Origin: Candidatus Melainabacteria bacterium 17Bon1m
GTDB lineage: Bacteria; Cyanobacteriota; Vampirovibrionia; Obscuribacterales; Obscuribacteraceae
DNA length: 64,000 nucleotides
Direction: 5' to 3'
Assembly: GCA_032128875.1 (NCBI GenBank)
Contig: JAVLKG010000010.1
Span: 160,996-224,995 of the forward strand
Position 1 is the stretch's first letter. The number at the start of each line of letters is the position of its first letter. The position numbers were made by a program, and so were the translations under genes. Of the stretch, positions 39,255 to 50,300 are shown in pieces. The notes under the pieces were generated by a model. It worked only from the letters and a program-made list of their open reading frames with translations, was not told the DNA's origin and made no database searches.

Positions 39255-42200
39255 TTATTGGGGTGAAACGGCTTCCGGCTGATCGCCCGCTCGTGCTTCA
39301 GCGGCGCCAGCGCGCACTTTCGAGTCGGTGTCGGTTTTTGGCTGTACCTGCTTGATAGCTTGTTTATCTCCAGCCACAACCAACGTAGATTGATCCGGAC
39401 GAAAGACATTCCTTATAAACCGGTTAATAGATTCGCTGTCAGCATTAGCGATCTTCAAAAGCAGCTCACCGACGAAGTCCCCCTCGGCACGTTCCAAAGC
39501 GGCGTCCAGCACGCTCTTTGCCGCAGTAGAAAGATTCGGCATATAGCGCACACATATTACGCCGGAAAGATATCGTTTCACTTCCTGAATCTCAACCGGC
39601 GTCATTCCCTTTGCGACAAACGCTTTCAATTCAGTATTAATAGTATTCACTTCGCGAGCGACCGCCTCGGGCTCAGTGGGGACAATCAGCGACCACGACG
39701 TCAAACCGCCTATAGACTGGAATCTCGAGTTGATGTCTTCGGTCGATAGACTGGTCGCCAAAACGGCTTCATCTGTATCGCGCTGTACCAATCGAGAGAA
39801 AATGGGATGGTTTGTTAGCGCACAATCTGCGATTGCCAAATTGCAGAAATCTCTGTCGCTTGGTGAAGTCTTCACCAACTTACCTATGCAAACCATAGTC
39901 TGCGAGCGGTCTTTCGTCGGCACAGAAACCTTCAATGAGCGGCGTGGAGAGGGCACCAAAGTTGGTTCGGCAGCAAGGCGCGTATTCGATTGCCAATTTT
40001 CAAATATCGATTCTGCAGACTTTATAGCCTGGTCGCCATCGAAGTCTCCGGCGATGACAATCATGGTGCTGGACGGGCTGACGGTACTCGTGTAGTAGTC
40101 TTTGATGTCTGCCTGTTTGAGCGACTCGATCACTTTCGCTTTCTGTGACGGATCTGAAGGGAAGTGCGGCGAATTCGTAGCCAAAAGACTGCGCATAAGA
40201 GCGCGATTGACCCTGGCAGCGACTGTCTCATCAGAGCGGCGCAGACCTGCAATGGCATCTTGCTTAGCCTTTTCCATATCAGCATCAGCGAGTGCCGGAG
40301 ATGCTAGAGACTCAGCCACAATGCCTAGCTGTTGCACCATGTCCTTTGCCAAACACCTGGTCTGGAAAGTAATCTGCTCGACACCCGGCTCGAATTTGAG
40401 CATCGCCTGCGGTGGCAAGCCGAGATCTTCTTGAACCGATTGCAATTGAGAACGAGTGGCGTGTTGCGTTCCATAATTAAGCGCGTTTGCTAGAACCATT
40501 GCCAGTCCGGGCTTGGCAGTGGGCTCATAAGCTTCGCCAGCGCGAATTGCACCGGTGATTTGAACGATCGGGCACAAACGGCTTTCAAAAGCAATTACGG
40601 TTAAGCCGTTGCGCAGAACTTTTCGCGTGTAATGCCCCGTGTGCAAACTGCTGCCGACTGGTGGACGTGGAACGCCCGTCTTAGCTTGAGTTGGAGGTGC
40701 GCTGCGTGCAGGCATATTCGTGGCCGCAGACGGCGTTGACGGCTTCGAGCCTGGAGTCGCGGCAGTGGCTTTAGCAGGTTCTGTTTTCTTCGTCTCGCTT
40801 GCCTTAGCTGCGTCGAGTTTCTTCGCTTCTGCAGCCTTCGCGGCATCAGTCTTCTTAGGATCGGCGGCCTTTGCAGTATCGGTTTTCTTAGAGTCGGCAG
40901 GCTTGCCCGCCTCTGGCTTTTTCGCTTCGCTCGTTTTCGAAACGGTTGTTTTCGAATCAGCTTTCTTCGCATCGGCTTTCTTGGTATCAGCTTTTTTCGC
41001 GTCCTTCGGGTCAGAGGATTTCGCTGATTCAGACTTTTTGGCGTCCGAGGATTTCGCCGAATCCGCCTTTTTGCCTGGCGCCGGTGCCTTTGTACCAGCA
41101 GGCTTTTGCGCTAACAGAATGGCTTCAGGAGACGTCGCAGAGTCGTCCTTTTTATAGCCAACCAATGTCTGCTTTGAGGTTTCAAAACTTATCGGTGTGT
41201 GACCGTGATTTTTATCGATGTGTGTGTCAGCTTGTGGAGTCTTTGGCGCTGCCTGCTTTGACGGTGGCGTGGAAGGCTGTTGGGGAGCTGGTTTTGGCGC
41301 AGTGGAAGACGAGAGGAAACCTACCACACGATTCTCGGGGACAAGATGCAGGCGCGCTACACGAAGGATATCGGCACTACTGACGGTGCGCAATCTCTCC
41401 GGCCAAGCATAAGCGTTTTTCCATGAGCTGATGCTGTCAAAATATCCGATGTAAAAGCCTGTTCTATACGGACCATCGCGCTCGGAGAAGCATGCATACT
41501 CAGCCTGATTCTTCGCACGCCGCAGTTCGGCATCGCTTATGGGTTGGCTTCGAAGTTGTGCAACCAATCCGTCAATCGCATCCAAAGCTTTCTGCAAAGT
41601 CTGACCAGCAGCCGGTGTTGCAGTAATAGTGATCAGCCCTGGGTCGTGCTTCAACTCAAACTGCGAGTTAGCACCAGAACAAATTTTCGGCTCCATCAAC
41701 TTCGTCTTCAGGCGTCCAGAGATGCTTGCGTTGAGCAGCTTTTCTAAAACAGCCATAGGCGCACTGTCCTGCTCAGCAATTGAAGGAGCGTGATATGAGA
41801 CCTGAAGCAATTCTGTCTTGCCCGGATATTTCATCATGACCCGGCGCTCTGCGCGCTGTTCTGGCTCTTTGGCTCGAATTGTCGGAACTGGAGTTGCAGA
41901 ACGCGGCAACGCAGCAAAGTATTTCTTGACCGATGCCAATGCATTCGCGGAATTGAAATCACCGACCAACACTAGAGTTGCATTGTTGGGCACATAAAAG
42001 CGATCGTAAAAACCTTTCGCATCTTCTGCCGTCAGACCTTCCACATCCGGCAGCCAGCCACGTGTTGGACTGCCATAGGGGTGATGGAGGAAAGATACGC
42101 ACCGAACTTCAGACGCCAGCATCGCGGCCGGATCGTTCTTCTCCTCTTCAAATTCGCGCTTGAGATTAGCCACCTCAGCTTGGACCGCAGCCTTTGTAAA

Positions 42201-42932
42201 ACGCACCGAGCGCATACGCATCGCTTCTATCTTCAGCGCCAAATCAAGTTTTGCAGGATGAACGGTTTCGAAAAACGCAGTGAAGTCGTCACTGGTAAAA
42301 CCGTTGAATTGCCCGCCGTTGCGAACGATAGTCGCACCGAGTTCGCCTTTGCGAAACGTCCCGACTTCGTCGAAAGCCATGTGCTCGACCATGTGCGAAA
42401 GTCCTGTGCCGCCAGGCCTTTCATTGCGCGCGCCCACTTTGTACCAGACCAGGCACGACACAACCGGCAGTGAATGCTCTTCTACGAGGATGATACGCAG
42501 ACCGTTAGGCAGTGAATACTCTTTCGGCGTCGGCGGTCCCTTCACTTTCACCTGCGCGGCGGCTGGCATCAGTGCGGTGCCGGCAGTCGGATTTGCGGTT
42601 GTAGAACTTGCCGAAGGTGCCAAACTTGATGCAGGGGTCAAGGCTGATGCAGGAGTTGAGCTGCCCGAGGGTGCAGAAGACGTTGAGGTCGGTGCACTTG
42701 TCGCCGCCGAGGCAGAGGGTCTGGCCGTAGTTGCAGACGGAGCTGTCGTCACAGCGGACGACGCTGACGAAGTGCTACTGGGCTTCGGCGCGGTGGTCGA
42801 AGTCGGCTGATCCAATGGCAGCTTGCCGTCCAGCGGCTCCTGCCCTAGCGCTGCGAAAGGCAGAAGCAAGCTACAGGCGGCAAAAAGCGCGAGCACAATA
42901 GGTCTGAAGTTGGGAGATGAGCAAAAGATCAT
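39255..42932 (-). CDS. Secreted M16 (pitrilysin/insulinase) zinc peptidase with two halves joined by a Lys/Ala-rich linker
   Basis: Signal peptide; LPNGL and HMVEH (HxxEH) in the first half. The second half (LRNGL) lacks HxxEH. Confidence 0.9.
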   Translation of the reverse strand: MIFCSSPNFRPIVLALFAACSLLLPFAALGQEPLDGKLPLDQPTSTTAPKPSSTSSASSAVTTAPSATTARPSASAATSAPTSTSSAPSGSSTPASALTPASSLAPSASSTTANPTAGTALMPAAAQVKVKGPPTPKEYSLPNGLRIILVEEHSLPVVSCLVWYKVGARNERPGGTGLSHMVEHMAFDEVGTFRKGELGATIVRNGGQFNGFTSDDFTAFFETVHPAKLDLALKIEAMRMRSVRFTKAAVQAEVANLKREFEEEKNDPAAMLASEVRCVSFLHHPYGSPTRGWLPDVEGLTAEDAKGFYDRFYVPNNATLVLVGDFNSANALASVKKYFAALPRSATPVPTIRAKEPEQRAERRVMMKYPGKTELLQVSYHAPSIAEQDSAPMAVLEKLLNASISGRLKTKLMEPKICSGANSQFELKHDPGLITITATPAAGQTLQKALDAIDGLVAQLRSQPISDAELRRAKNQAEYACFSERDGPYRTGFYIGYFDSISSWKNAYAWPERLRTVSSADILRVARLHLVPENRVVGFLSSSTAPKPAPQQPSTPPSKQAAPKTPQADTHIDKNHGHTPISFETSKQTLVGYKKDDSATSPEAILLAQKPAGTKAPAPGKKADSAKSSDAKKSESAKSSDPKDAKKADTKKADAKKADSKTTVSKTSEAKKPEAGKPADSKKTDTAKAADPKKTDAAKAAEAKKLDAAKASETKKTEPAKATAATPGSKPSTPSAATNMPARSAPPTQAKTGVPRPPVGSSLHTGHYTRKVLRNGLTVIAFESRLCPIVQITGAIRAGEAYEPTAKPGLAMVLANALNYGTQHATRSQLQSVQEDLGLPPQAMLKFEPGVEQITFQTRCLAKDMVQQLGIVAESLASPALADADMEKAKQDAIAGLRRSDETVAARVNRALMRSLLATNSPHFPSDPSQKAKVIESLKQADIKDYYTSTVSPSSTMIVIAGDFDGDQAIKSAESIFENWQSNTRLAAEPTLVPSPRRSLKVSVPTKDRSQTMVCIGKLVKTSPSDRDFCNLAIADCALTNHPIFSRLVQRDTDEAVLATSLSTEDINSRFQSIGGLTSWSLIVPTEPEAVAREVNTINTELKAFVAKGMTPVEIQEVKRYLSGVICVRYMPNLSTAAKSVLDAALERAEGDFVGELLLKIANADSESINRFIRNVFRPDQSTLVVAGDKQAIKQVQPKTDTDSKVRAGAAEARAGDQPEAVSPQ

Positions 42933-43133
42933 CTTGCCGGTTCAGCCTCCTGCTCTGCCGAAAACACTGGCGCTGGTGCCTATTCCGAAGCACCGAAGTC
43001 GCAACGTGCTTGACTTTAGCACGATGGTCCCTCGTTACGCGCGGAACCAAAACCATAGTTATCTTTTCTTTCAATAAAGTTGTAGTGCGATTACGCAACT
43101 GATAAACTTTGACTCATCAAAGCTGGAGAAGCA

Positions 43134-45239
43134 ATGGCGACTGGAACTAACAGCGTCTTGGAATCGAAGTCGCGCGGGTTGGAGCCCGCCGTTCGCTCAC
43201 AGCTGAAGGTTGTGCTGGCGGGAAATCCAAACGTCGGCAAATCAGTGATTTTCAATGCGCTGACAGGTCTAAGCGCTGATGTGTCCAACTACCCAGGCAC
43301 GACCATCGACATTGCTCGTGGTGCTTACGGTGAGCATGAGCTTGTTGATACACCTGGAGTTTATGGTGTTTCGAGTTTTAATGATGAAGAGAAGGCTGCC
43401 CGCAGGCTGATTGTCGATGCGGAGTTGGTGATAAACGTTGTTTCGGCTTTGAGCTTGGAACGCGACCTTTTCCTGACGCTGCAATTGATTGATATGGGCA
43501 AACCAATGGTTGTCGTTATCAACCAGTGGGATGAAGCAAAACACAGAGGGCTGCTCATTGACACGGCGAAGCTGAGTGAAACACTCGATGTGCCCGTCAT
43601 CACTTGCGTAGCTGTTCGCAAAGAAGGAATTGAAAACATTGGTGCACACCTTTCCCTAGCAAAGAAAGGAAAGTGCGATGCGTCACTCTCTGAATTGTTG
43701 ACGCCATACATCGAGCAAAAGGTTTCGCACGCTCATGCACTGCTGATTCTCGAAGGCGATGCACAATCGATTGAAGCGCACGCGCACGCTATTACCGCCA
43801 TCAGAGCCGAGCGTAGTTTTACTGAAACAACTGCGCTTCAGCCTGCAGAGCAAGGAAGCAATCATCGCCAAGATATTTACAGACGCAGACGTCAGCGAGT
43901 TAACGAAATCTCTGAGATATGCGTTCGCTCAACATCCAAGAAAAAGACTTTCTCTACAAAACTAGGCAGACTGCTGCTGCATCCGGTTGCGGGAACGGTC
44001 GCCGCCGCCTTTGTTTGCTACATGATCTTCTATCAATTACTTGGTGTTTTTGTAGCCGGTACAGTGGTTGAAATCACTGAAAAGAAAGGCATGAAGGTCT
44101 ACTATGAACCGCTAGTACGGCGAGTTGCTGCAACAACATTCCCATGCACAATCACCATTGGAAACAAGACTTTTGATTTCCCGCAAGGAACATTCGCGAA
44201 TCCTTTGGTGAGTGCAAACCTAGACACCACACTCAAGTCTGTTCCAGCTAACGAAGTGAATTACCAGTTCTGGAGCCATCCTTCCGCCAAGGCGGTTTTA
44301 GGAAATATCCTTGTCGGCGAGTACGGAATGCTCACGCTCACAGTCACTTACCTGCTCGGACTGCTATTTCCACTGGTCCTAGGATTCTATTTTGGTCTTT
44401 CGATGCTGGAAGATTCCGGATATCTTCCTCGCCTGGCAGTGCTCGTAGACCGAGTTTTGAATAAAGTCGGACTAAACGGCCGTGCAATTATTCCTCTTAT
44501 TCTCGGACTCGGTTGCGTGACGATGGCGACCATCACTACACGCCTGCTAAGTACTCGCCGCGAAAAGATAATCGCGACAGCTTTGCTCGGAGTCGCAATT
44601 CCATGCTCCGCACAGCTCGGAGTTGTCTCCGGGACATTGGCTCAAATAGGCGGTCTATACGCTTGGGCGATCTACGGAGCGATCGTCACGTCCATTCTTG
44701 CAACAACGGGTGTCGCACTGAATATGGTGCTGCCAGGCAAGTCCGACGCACTGATCATGGATCTTCCTCCTATGCGCTTCCCTCGCATGGACAATGTATT
44801 GAAGAAAACCTGGTCTAAATCTTACGCTTTCCTCAAAGAAGCAACCAAGCCATTCTTCATTGCCGGCTTTGCAGTTAGCATTGCACATATGACCGGATTG
44901 CTTACACTATTTGTCAATGCACTGCAACCAATTACGGTGGCATGGCTTCATCTGCCATCAGATCCACGCATCGCAACAACGTTTGTTTTGGGAATTGTCC
45001 GCCGCGACTTCGCATCATTCGGTCTGACGGAAGTTCCTATGACTGCCGCACAAGCCCTCACAGCAATGATCGTCATCACCTTGTTCGTTCCATGCATCGC
45101 AACAGTTGGTGTGATGACAAAAGAACGCGGTCCCAAAATCGCATTTACTATTTGGATCGGCTCATGGATTGCCGCTTTTATAATCGGCGGATTACTCAGC
45201 ATTGCCCTTCCACCAGTATTCAAACTGTTAGGAATTTAA
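43134..45239 (+). CDS. feoB: Ferrous iron transporter B
   Basis: GNPNVGKS, NYPGTT, DTPG, NQWD G-domain; EDSGYLPR, LGCVT, IPCSAQ and LFVPCIA motifs. Confidence 0.95.
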   Translation: MATGTNSVLESKSRGLEPAVRSQLKVVLAGNPNVGKSVIFNALTGLSADVSNYPGTTIDIARGAYGEHELVDTPGVYGVSSFNDEEKAARRLIVDAELVINVVSALSLERDLFLTLQLIDMGKPMVVVINQWDEAKHRGLLIDTAKLSETLDVPVITCVAVRKEGIENIGAHLSLAKKGKCDASLSELLTPYIEQKVSHAHALLILEGDAQSIEAHAHAITAIRAERSFTETTALQPAEQGSNHRQDIYRRRRQRVNEISEICVRSTSKKKTFSTKLGRLLLHPVAGTVAAAFVCYMIFYQLLGVFVAGTVVEITEKKGMKVYYEPLVRRVAATTFPCTITIGNKTFDFPQGTFANPLVSANLDTTLKSVPANEVNYQFWSHPSAKAVLGNILVGEYGMLTLTVTYLLGLLFPLVLGFYFGLSMLEDSGYLPRLAVLVDRVLNKVGLNGRAIIPLILGLGCVTMATITTRLLSTRREKIIATALLGVAIPCSAQLGVVSGTLAQIGGLYAWAIYGAIVTSILATTGVALNMVLPGKSDALIMDLPPMRFPRMDNVLKKTWSKSYAFLKEATKPFFIAGFAVSIAHMTGLLTLFVNALQPITVAWLHLPSDPRIATTFVLGIVRRDFASFGLTEVPMTAAQALTAMIVITLFVPCIATVGVMTKERGPKIAFTIWIGSWIAAFIIGGLLSIALPPVFKLLGI

Positions 45240-45241
45240 TT

Positions 45242-45829
45242 CTAGACCTTCTGCAAAATCTTACTTGCTTCAGCATCAATCGGTTGCGCTTCGTCACGTC
45301 TGTTCAACGCCTTCAAAGCATTGGCAACACGCTGCAATGTCCAAGCGTATTCGCGTGTTTCCTGTAGTCGCAAACCCGATAAAATCAATCGCGCTTCTTT
45401 GTAGTTTCCCAATGAATCATTGTACTTTTGCATCAACATCTGATGGTCGCCGTAAAAACACAGTGTCTCAGCATATGCATGCGACTTTAGCTGGTCCTTA
45501 TCCTTGTAAATTTCCATCGCCGAAACATACAGCGGCTCAGCCTCATCAAATCGCTTGAGCGCATCGTAGACTCGGGCGAGATTCTTCTTTGTATTCGCCA
45601 CCTCAAGATTGTCGTGCCCGAGTACTGTTTCTTGAACCCACAATGCTCGCTTCGTCGGTTCCAGCGCCTTCTCTGGATGCCCGGAGTAATACATAGAACA
45701 TCCAACGCTATCGAAATATACGAACAGGCATAGCCCGCCGAAAATAAAAAATGTCAGTGCAATTGCTTTTGCCAGAATCGTCTTTCCAAACGATTTCGCT
45801 ATTTTGGGTTGCTCTTCAATCACAGACAT
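45242..45829 (-). CDS. Membrane-anchored tetratricopeptide repeat protein
   Basis: N-terminal TM; TPR-like NLARVYDALKRFDEAEPLY. Confidence 0.8.
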   Translation of the reverse strand: MSVIEEQPKIAKSFGKTILAKAIALTFFIFGGLCLFVYFDSVGCSMYYSGHPEKALEPTKRALWVQETVLGHDNLEVANTKKNLARVYDALKRFDEAEPLYVSAMEIYKDKDQLKSHAYAETLCFYGDHQMLMQKYNDSLGNYKEARLILSGLRLQETREYAWTLQRVANALKALNRRDEAQPIDAEASKILQKV

Positions 45830-46046
45830 AGGAAAACGTCACCTGACGAGAGATGGGCAGAAATTATGGTGCACGGGTTCCCTGCCCTTGATTATCTCAT
45901 CGTCTGCCCCGGGTGCCTATGCCCCGAGAAGGCGAGTTTTTCGGCTGCGAAACCCTTTGTGAAGCTCTGAAAGCCCCAACGACTAACCTTCCCGGGCGCC
46001 GTGATAATATATGAATTCTCCGGACACCGTTGTCCGGCTACGCCAT

Positions 46047-46123
46047 GGCAGGCGTCGCCAAGAGGTTAAGGCACTGGATTGTGGTTCCAGTATTCGGGGG
46101 TTCGATTCCCCTCGTCTGCCCCA
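46047..46123 (+). tRNA. trnH: tRNA-His(GTG), with G-1 and encoded CCA
   Basis: Cloverleaf: acceptor GGCAGGCG/CGTCTGCC-CCA, anticodon arm CTGGA-TTGTGGT-TCCAG, T-loop GTTCGAT. Confidence 0.97.
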
Positions 46124-46274
46124 TTTACTAATTGATTGCTCCAGAATCCCAGCCAGTTGGCTGTCTTGCCGTGCTCATGCGGTAGCAGAATCCGGCGAGG
46201 ATACTTTTGGTGATACTAAGTGGATTTCCTCCACGCTTTAATTTCAAAGGTATCAGCACTCCGACTAAGCAACA

Positions 46275-47387
46275 ATGAGTGATTCTGACAAGTTCGAAAT
46301 ATGGACATTACCTTGGGCAGAGCTGGATCGACCTCTATCCTTTGGAGCTATAAGATTTGAGAATGCTGTCCAATTCAGCAGGTCTGGAGGATGCCCGGAA
46401 TCGCTAAGAGCAAAGCTTCCAGAATACTTTTGTTCATTTCGGGACGCTAAAGGCAATGCCGCTGACTACGTGTCAGTTTGCTTTATGCAAGCACAACCGC
46501 TTAAACCACTCACAGAAGAAGAAATCTGCACGATTCAAACCGCTGTTCACTGCATTGGTTTCGCCGACATTGCGAACAGAACCGTCGAGGCAGTCATAGC
46601 AAATAGTCAATTTCAAGGGCCACCAAGCAGCGACAAATACCAACTTCACAGGCACTTCCTCGATTCGAATGACTTTGTAATTTTCCATCTAGGCGGAATG
46701 AGTAAGGTGTACCAACTAGGTAAGCTTAAAATTCACAGACCACCACATCTAATTGACGGGCTGACTGGCAGCTCCTTTGGGTTAGTAGAGCAATTTGAAA
46801 AGATGCGCACACTACACCCGACAGATCAGACGAGAAGACTTTTCCAAGCTGTGCAATGGTTCTTTTTGTCTCATACAAATGCTCCAGAGGTTTCGGAATT
46901 GTCGAAGCTCGTAATGAAAGCGACGTCTTTGGAATCATTACTCTCGCGGGGAAACTCCGGAAAATTGGAAATGGCTATCAGGCTTGATCGAAAGCTATCC
47001 ACCTCTGGCATGGAGATCAAGTCAGTTGATATTCCCGCGGGTCGCCATTCGCCAGCTCGGACAATCAACATGTCGAAGCTCGCACATTGGTTCTTTGAAT
47101 TTTATGATCTCAGAAGTCGAATCGTGCACGGCTTGACGCTGCCGCACGGCTTGGGAGCAATTGAGAGTAAAGTAAGTTGGGTTGATCATTCTATAGCCGC
47201 AGACATTGCAATTTGGTCGCTCGTAACCCATCGCCTTCTGGAACTCAATCAACTCATCCTGCGGACTCTAAGTGAAGAGGAGAAACAGGTGCTTAAAGTT
47301 AGGAATGCGGAATTCCAAAAGCAGTTTGAAAGAGTGTTTAGTGCTTTAGGATGGTTACAAGCGCAGAATGCTGCGCCCTCATCATAA
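46275..47387 (+). CDS. HEPN-domain (ApeA-like) putative RNase
   Basis: ATSLESLL followed by FYDLRSRIVHG (Rx4H HEPN motif). Confidence 0.75.
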   Translation: MSDSDKFEIWTLPWAELDRPLSFGAIRFENAVQFSRSGGCPESLRAKLPEYFCSFRDAKGNAADYVSVCFMQAQPLKPLTEEEICTIQTAVHCIGFADIANRTVEAVIANSQFQGPPSSDKYQLHRHFLDSNDFVIFHLGGMSKVYQLGKLKIHRPPHLIDGLTGSSFGLVEQFEKMRTLHPTDQTRRLFQAVQWFFLSHTNAPEVSELSKLVMKATSLESLLSRGNSGKLEMAIRLDRKLSTSGMEIKSVDIPAGRHSPARTINMSKLAHWFFEFYDLRSRIVHGLTLPHGLGAIESKVSWVDHSIAADIAIWSLVTHRLLELNQLILRTLSEEEKQVLKVRNAEFQKQFERVFSALGWLQAQNAAPSS

Positions 47388-50300
47388 ATCAAACGAGTTT
47401 CTGATGACGATGAATAGAGACGACTTCACTAAAAGGACAAAAGAAATCCTAGCCAAAAGGGTTGGATATCTTTGTTCTAACCCAATGTGCAGACGACTTA
47501 CAACCGGCCCGCACTCTGATCCAGAAAAGTCAGTAAGCATTGGTACCGCTGCACATGTAACTGCGGCTTCCAAGGGAGGTCCCCGCTACAATCCGAATTT
47601 GTCAACCATCCAGAGAAAGAGTGTGTCGAACGGGATCTGGTGTTGCCAAACTTGCGGAAGGTTCGTTGATGCGGATGACAGCAAACATACAGTAGAGACA
47701 CTTCTTGGATGGAAAGCAGACGCTGAATCAGAAGCCGACTTAAGTAATTCAGGATTGCATATTGGCAAGCGATTTCTTTCGAACCTGGAATTACTGAGAT
47801 TATTTCACCGTTCCTTGGAGTCTCTCCGTACATTTTCTAATCCAAATACGTGGATCGCACGAAGGCTTGACACACAAATTCTAGACCTCGCAAAAAATGG
47901 AACAAATTTCCTGGTGGCGGGTTCTGGAAGTGGAAAATCCGTTGCATGCTCAAAGTGGCTGAGCGATCACCTAAAAAATCATCTAAGTGCCCTCGTTATC
48001 ACCCATGAAATTGCAGCTGTCTCAACATCCATCGAACAAGCGGTCAGGTCAGCCTTTTCTGAAATGGGACAGGAAATCAGTATCGATGCGGCCGAGCGTT
48101 TACTTTATTCTGCCGAAAATCCAATTAGACTGGTAGTCGAAGACATCAACCGAGCGATAAATCCGCAAGCAATCATTGAGAAGATCCTGCGCTGGAATAG
48201 TGAAGGTAATGAAACATGGTCGCTGCTGTGTCCTGTTTGGCCTGAAAATCTTTCCTTACTTGAAAAGGATGTGAAATCAAGAATCGAAAACTTCCTACTT
48301 TTAGGAGAGCGCTTTTCTTCTGAAGAAGGCAGTGCCGCATTGTGCCTAAAAGCTCAACTTGCCCAGAAGGATTTGACGACGGTTGAAGCTGAAGATATTT
48401 CGAGTTTACTCAATCATGACCCCCTGCTAATAGCGCTTTATGATTTCAAAGACAACCCTGTTCCAAGCCAAGTAATCGGCTCTTTTATCAGCGAAACTCT
48501 CTTGCGCTTGCAGTTAAGCTCCTCAGACGCACTGAAGTTTTTTCTTCCACAATCACTTGATAAACTTGCCGAATCAATGTTAATGAACTCACGGCTGGAA
48601 ATTAGTGTTGATGATGTCTCTAACTGGTTCAAAAGTGAACTGAACACTCTCAACGCTATCAGCAAGATTGCAGAGGATGGTCAGCTCCTAAATCTGGTCT
48701 TCTCTGGTAACAGGTCTAAAATCCTCTTTCGGCATGATCGCGTTAGAGACTGGTTGCTTACAAAGGCCATTTTACGCATGCTCCAGAAGGAGATACTTCC
48801 AGATGCACTACTCGGTGACCCTTACTTTGCTGAAGTCTTCGGAATGGCTCTGTGTGAGCCAGAAGCTACTCAAGATTTTGCGGAGTTGCTGTTCAAAAGG
48901 AATCCATTGGCTCTATTCTACGCACTTAGGATCTTTCGAAAATCAACAACCGAAGTACACTTCAAAATATGCTTTCTAATTTCGCAATGGATCACTGAAT
49001 GTGCACAAATACAATCCAATAGGCATGCGCGATGGGCCGCACTTTCTATACTTGCAGATACTGATTCATCCTATATCCTAGAGATTGCCCCGATGCTCGA
49101 TACGGAAAGTTATGCAGGAATGCTAGCTCTCCTCAGGAACGGAAACATTCTTGGCGGATTGAACCTATGCCAAGCACTCGAACCGGCTGTCACGGCTCCT
49201 TGGCGAGACCGAATAATCTCACATGCCATACAGCTTTACTACGACAAGTTTTCAGAAGAACTAAAGCAGCATTTGCAAGATTCAAATCTAGACTCAAGAA
49301 AATTGATTGCTTGCTTGCGTTTTGCGGGATACTTGAAAAACCCTGAACTTGCACCGGTGATAGAGAGGTTCTGGGCAAAAGACGAAAAACGAATTGAGCA
49401 CCTCCAAGATTACTTGTGGGCTCTTTCACAGTGTTGCGGCGAGCACGCTGAGCGTTATCTAGCTCCGGTTTGCAATGAATGGGGAATGTTATCCGACGAA
49501 AGAAATTCAACAGGTTCAACAGCCAGAGCAGACGTGCTACATGATTGCTTTTCCAATGCTTTCGCAAAGGAAGTCCCAGTGAATGCCCTGTCCTACTTCT
49601 TCACAAGAGCACAGCAAGAAGATTTAGATTGGTACATTACAAATATGCTTCATGCGATAGATCATCCCACTGTCATGGAGTTTCTCGTCAACCAGTTTGC
49701 AAAATGGGTGAAGGAAAAACGGCATATGAGTGCAATCTTCCTGAGAGACCGGTGGAAATTGGCATTGAACGGAAAAAGGATCATGTCAGCTGAATGCCGT
49801 CGTTTCCTCAAAGAGACTTGGCAAGGAAATCAAAACAAGCCCGAAATACGAAAACAGGCTTTTCGCTTGTGGGCTGGACAAATTGACGTTAGGGAACTTC
49901 CAGTGTTACAAAGTACATTTGACCGCGCGCTAGCGGATTCAGTACTTAGCCATCGACTTATTCTGGGTGACAACACGGCAATTCCCAGTTTAATTCGAAA
50001 GATGAAATTGAAATCGTGGTGGGCTCAGTATTGTTGGTATGTCACTTCTCCTCAATTGACTACGGAACTAGACAAGCTGCTCGATAAACGAGCGCAAGGT
50101 CTAAAGGAAGATTGGCATAGCGTCCAGGATATTGACTGCTTCATTTCGTCGGCAATGAAACACATGCCCATTTCAGAAGCAGAAACACTTTTGATAAAGC
50201 ACTGGAGGCATCTGCGTTTCTGTTACCGATACTTAGAAGCAGCCCTCTTTCTGGCCACCCCTAAACTAATCGAGCAAGCCAAAAGAGTATTAACAGAAGA

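Noticed and set aside
43080-43125. Fur box upstream of feoB
   Set aside because: Only a weak TGAT...ATCA symmetry; not enough to call.
46011-46241. 76-aa ORF
   Set aside because: Overlaps the tRNA-His gene; spurious.
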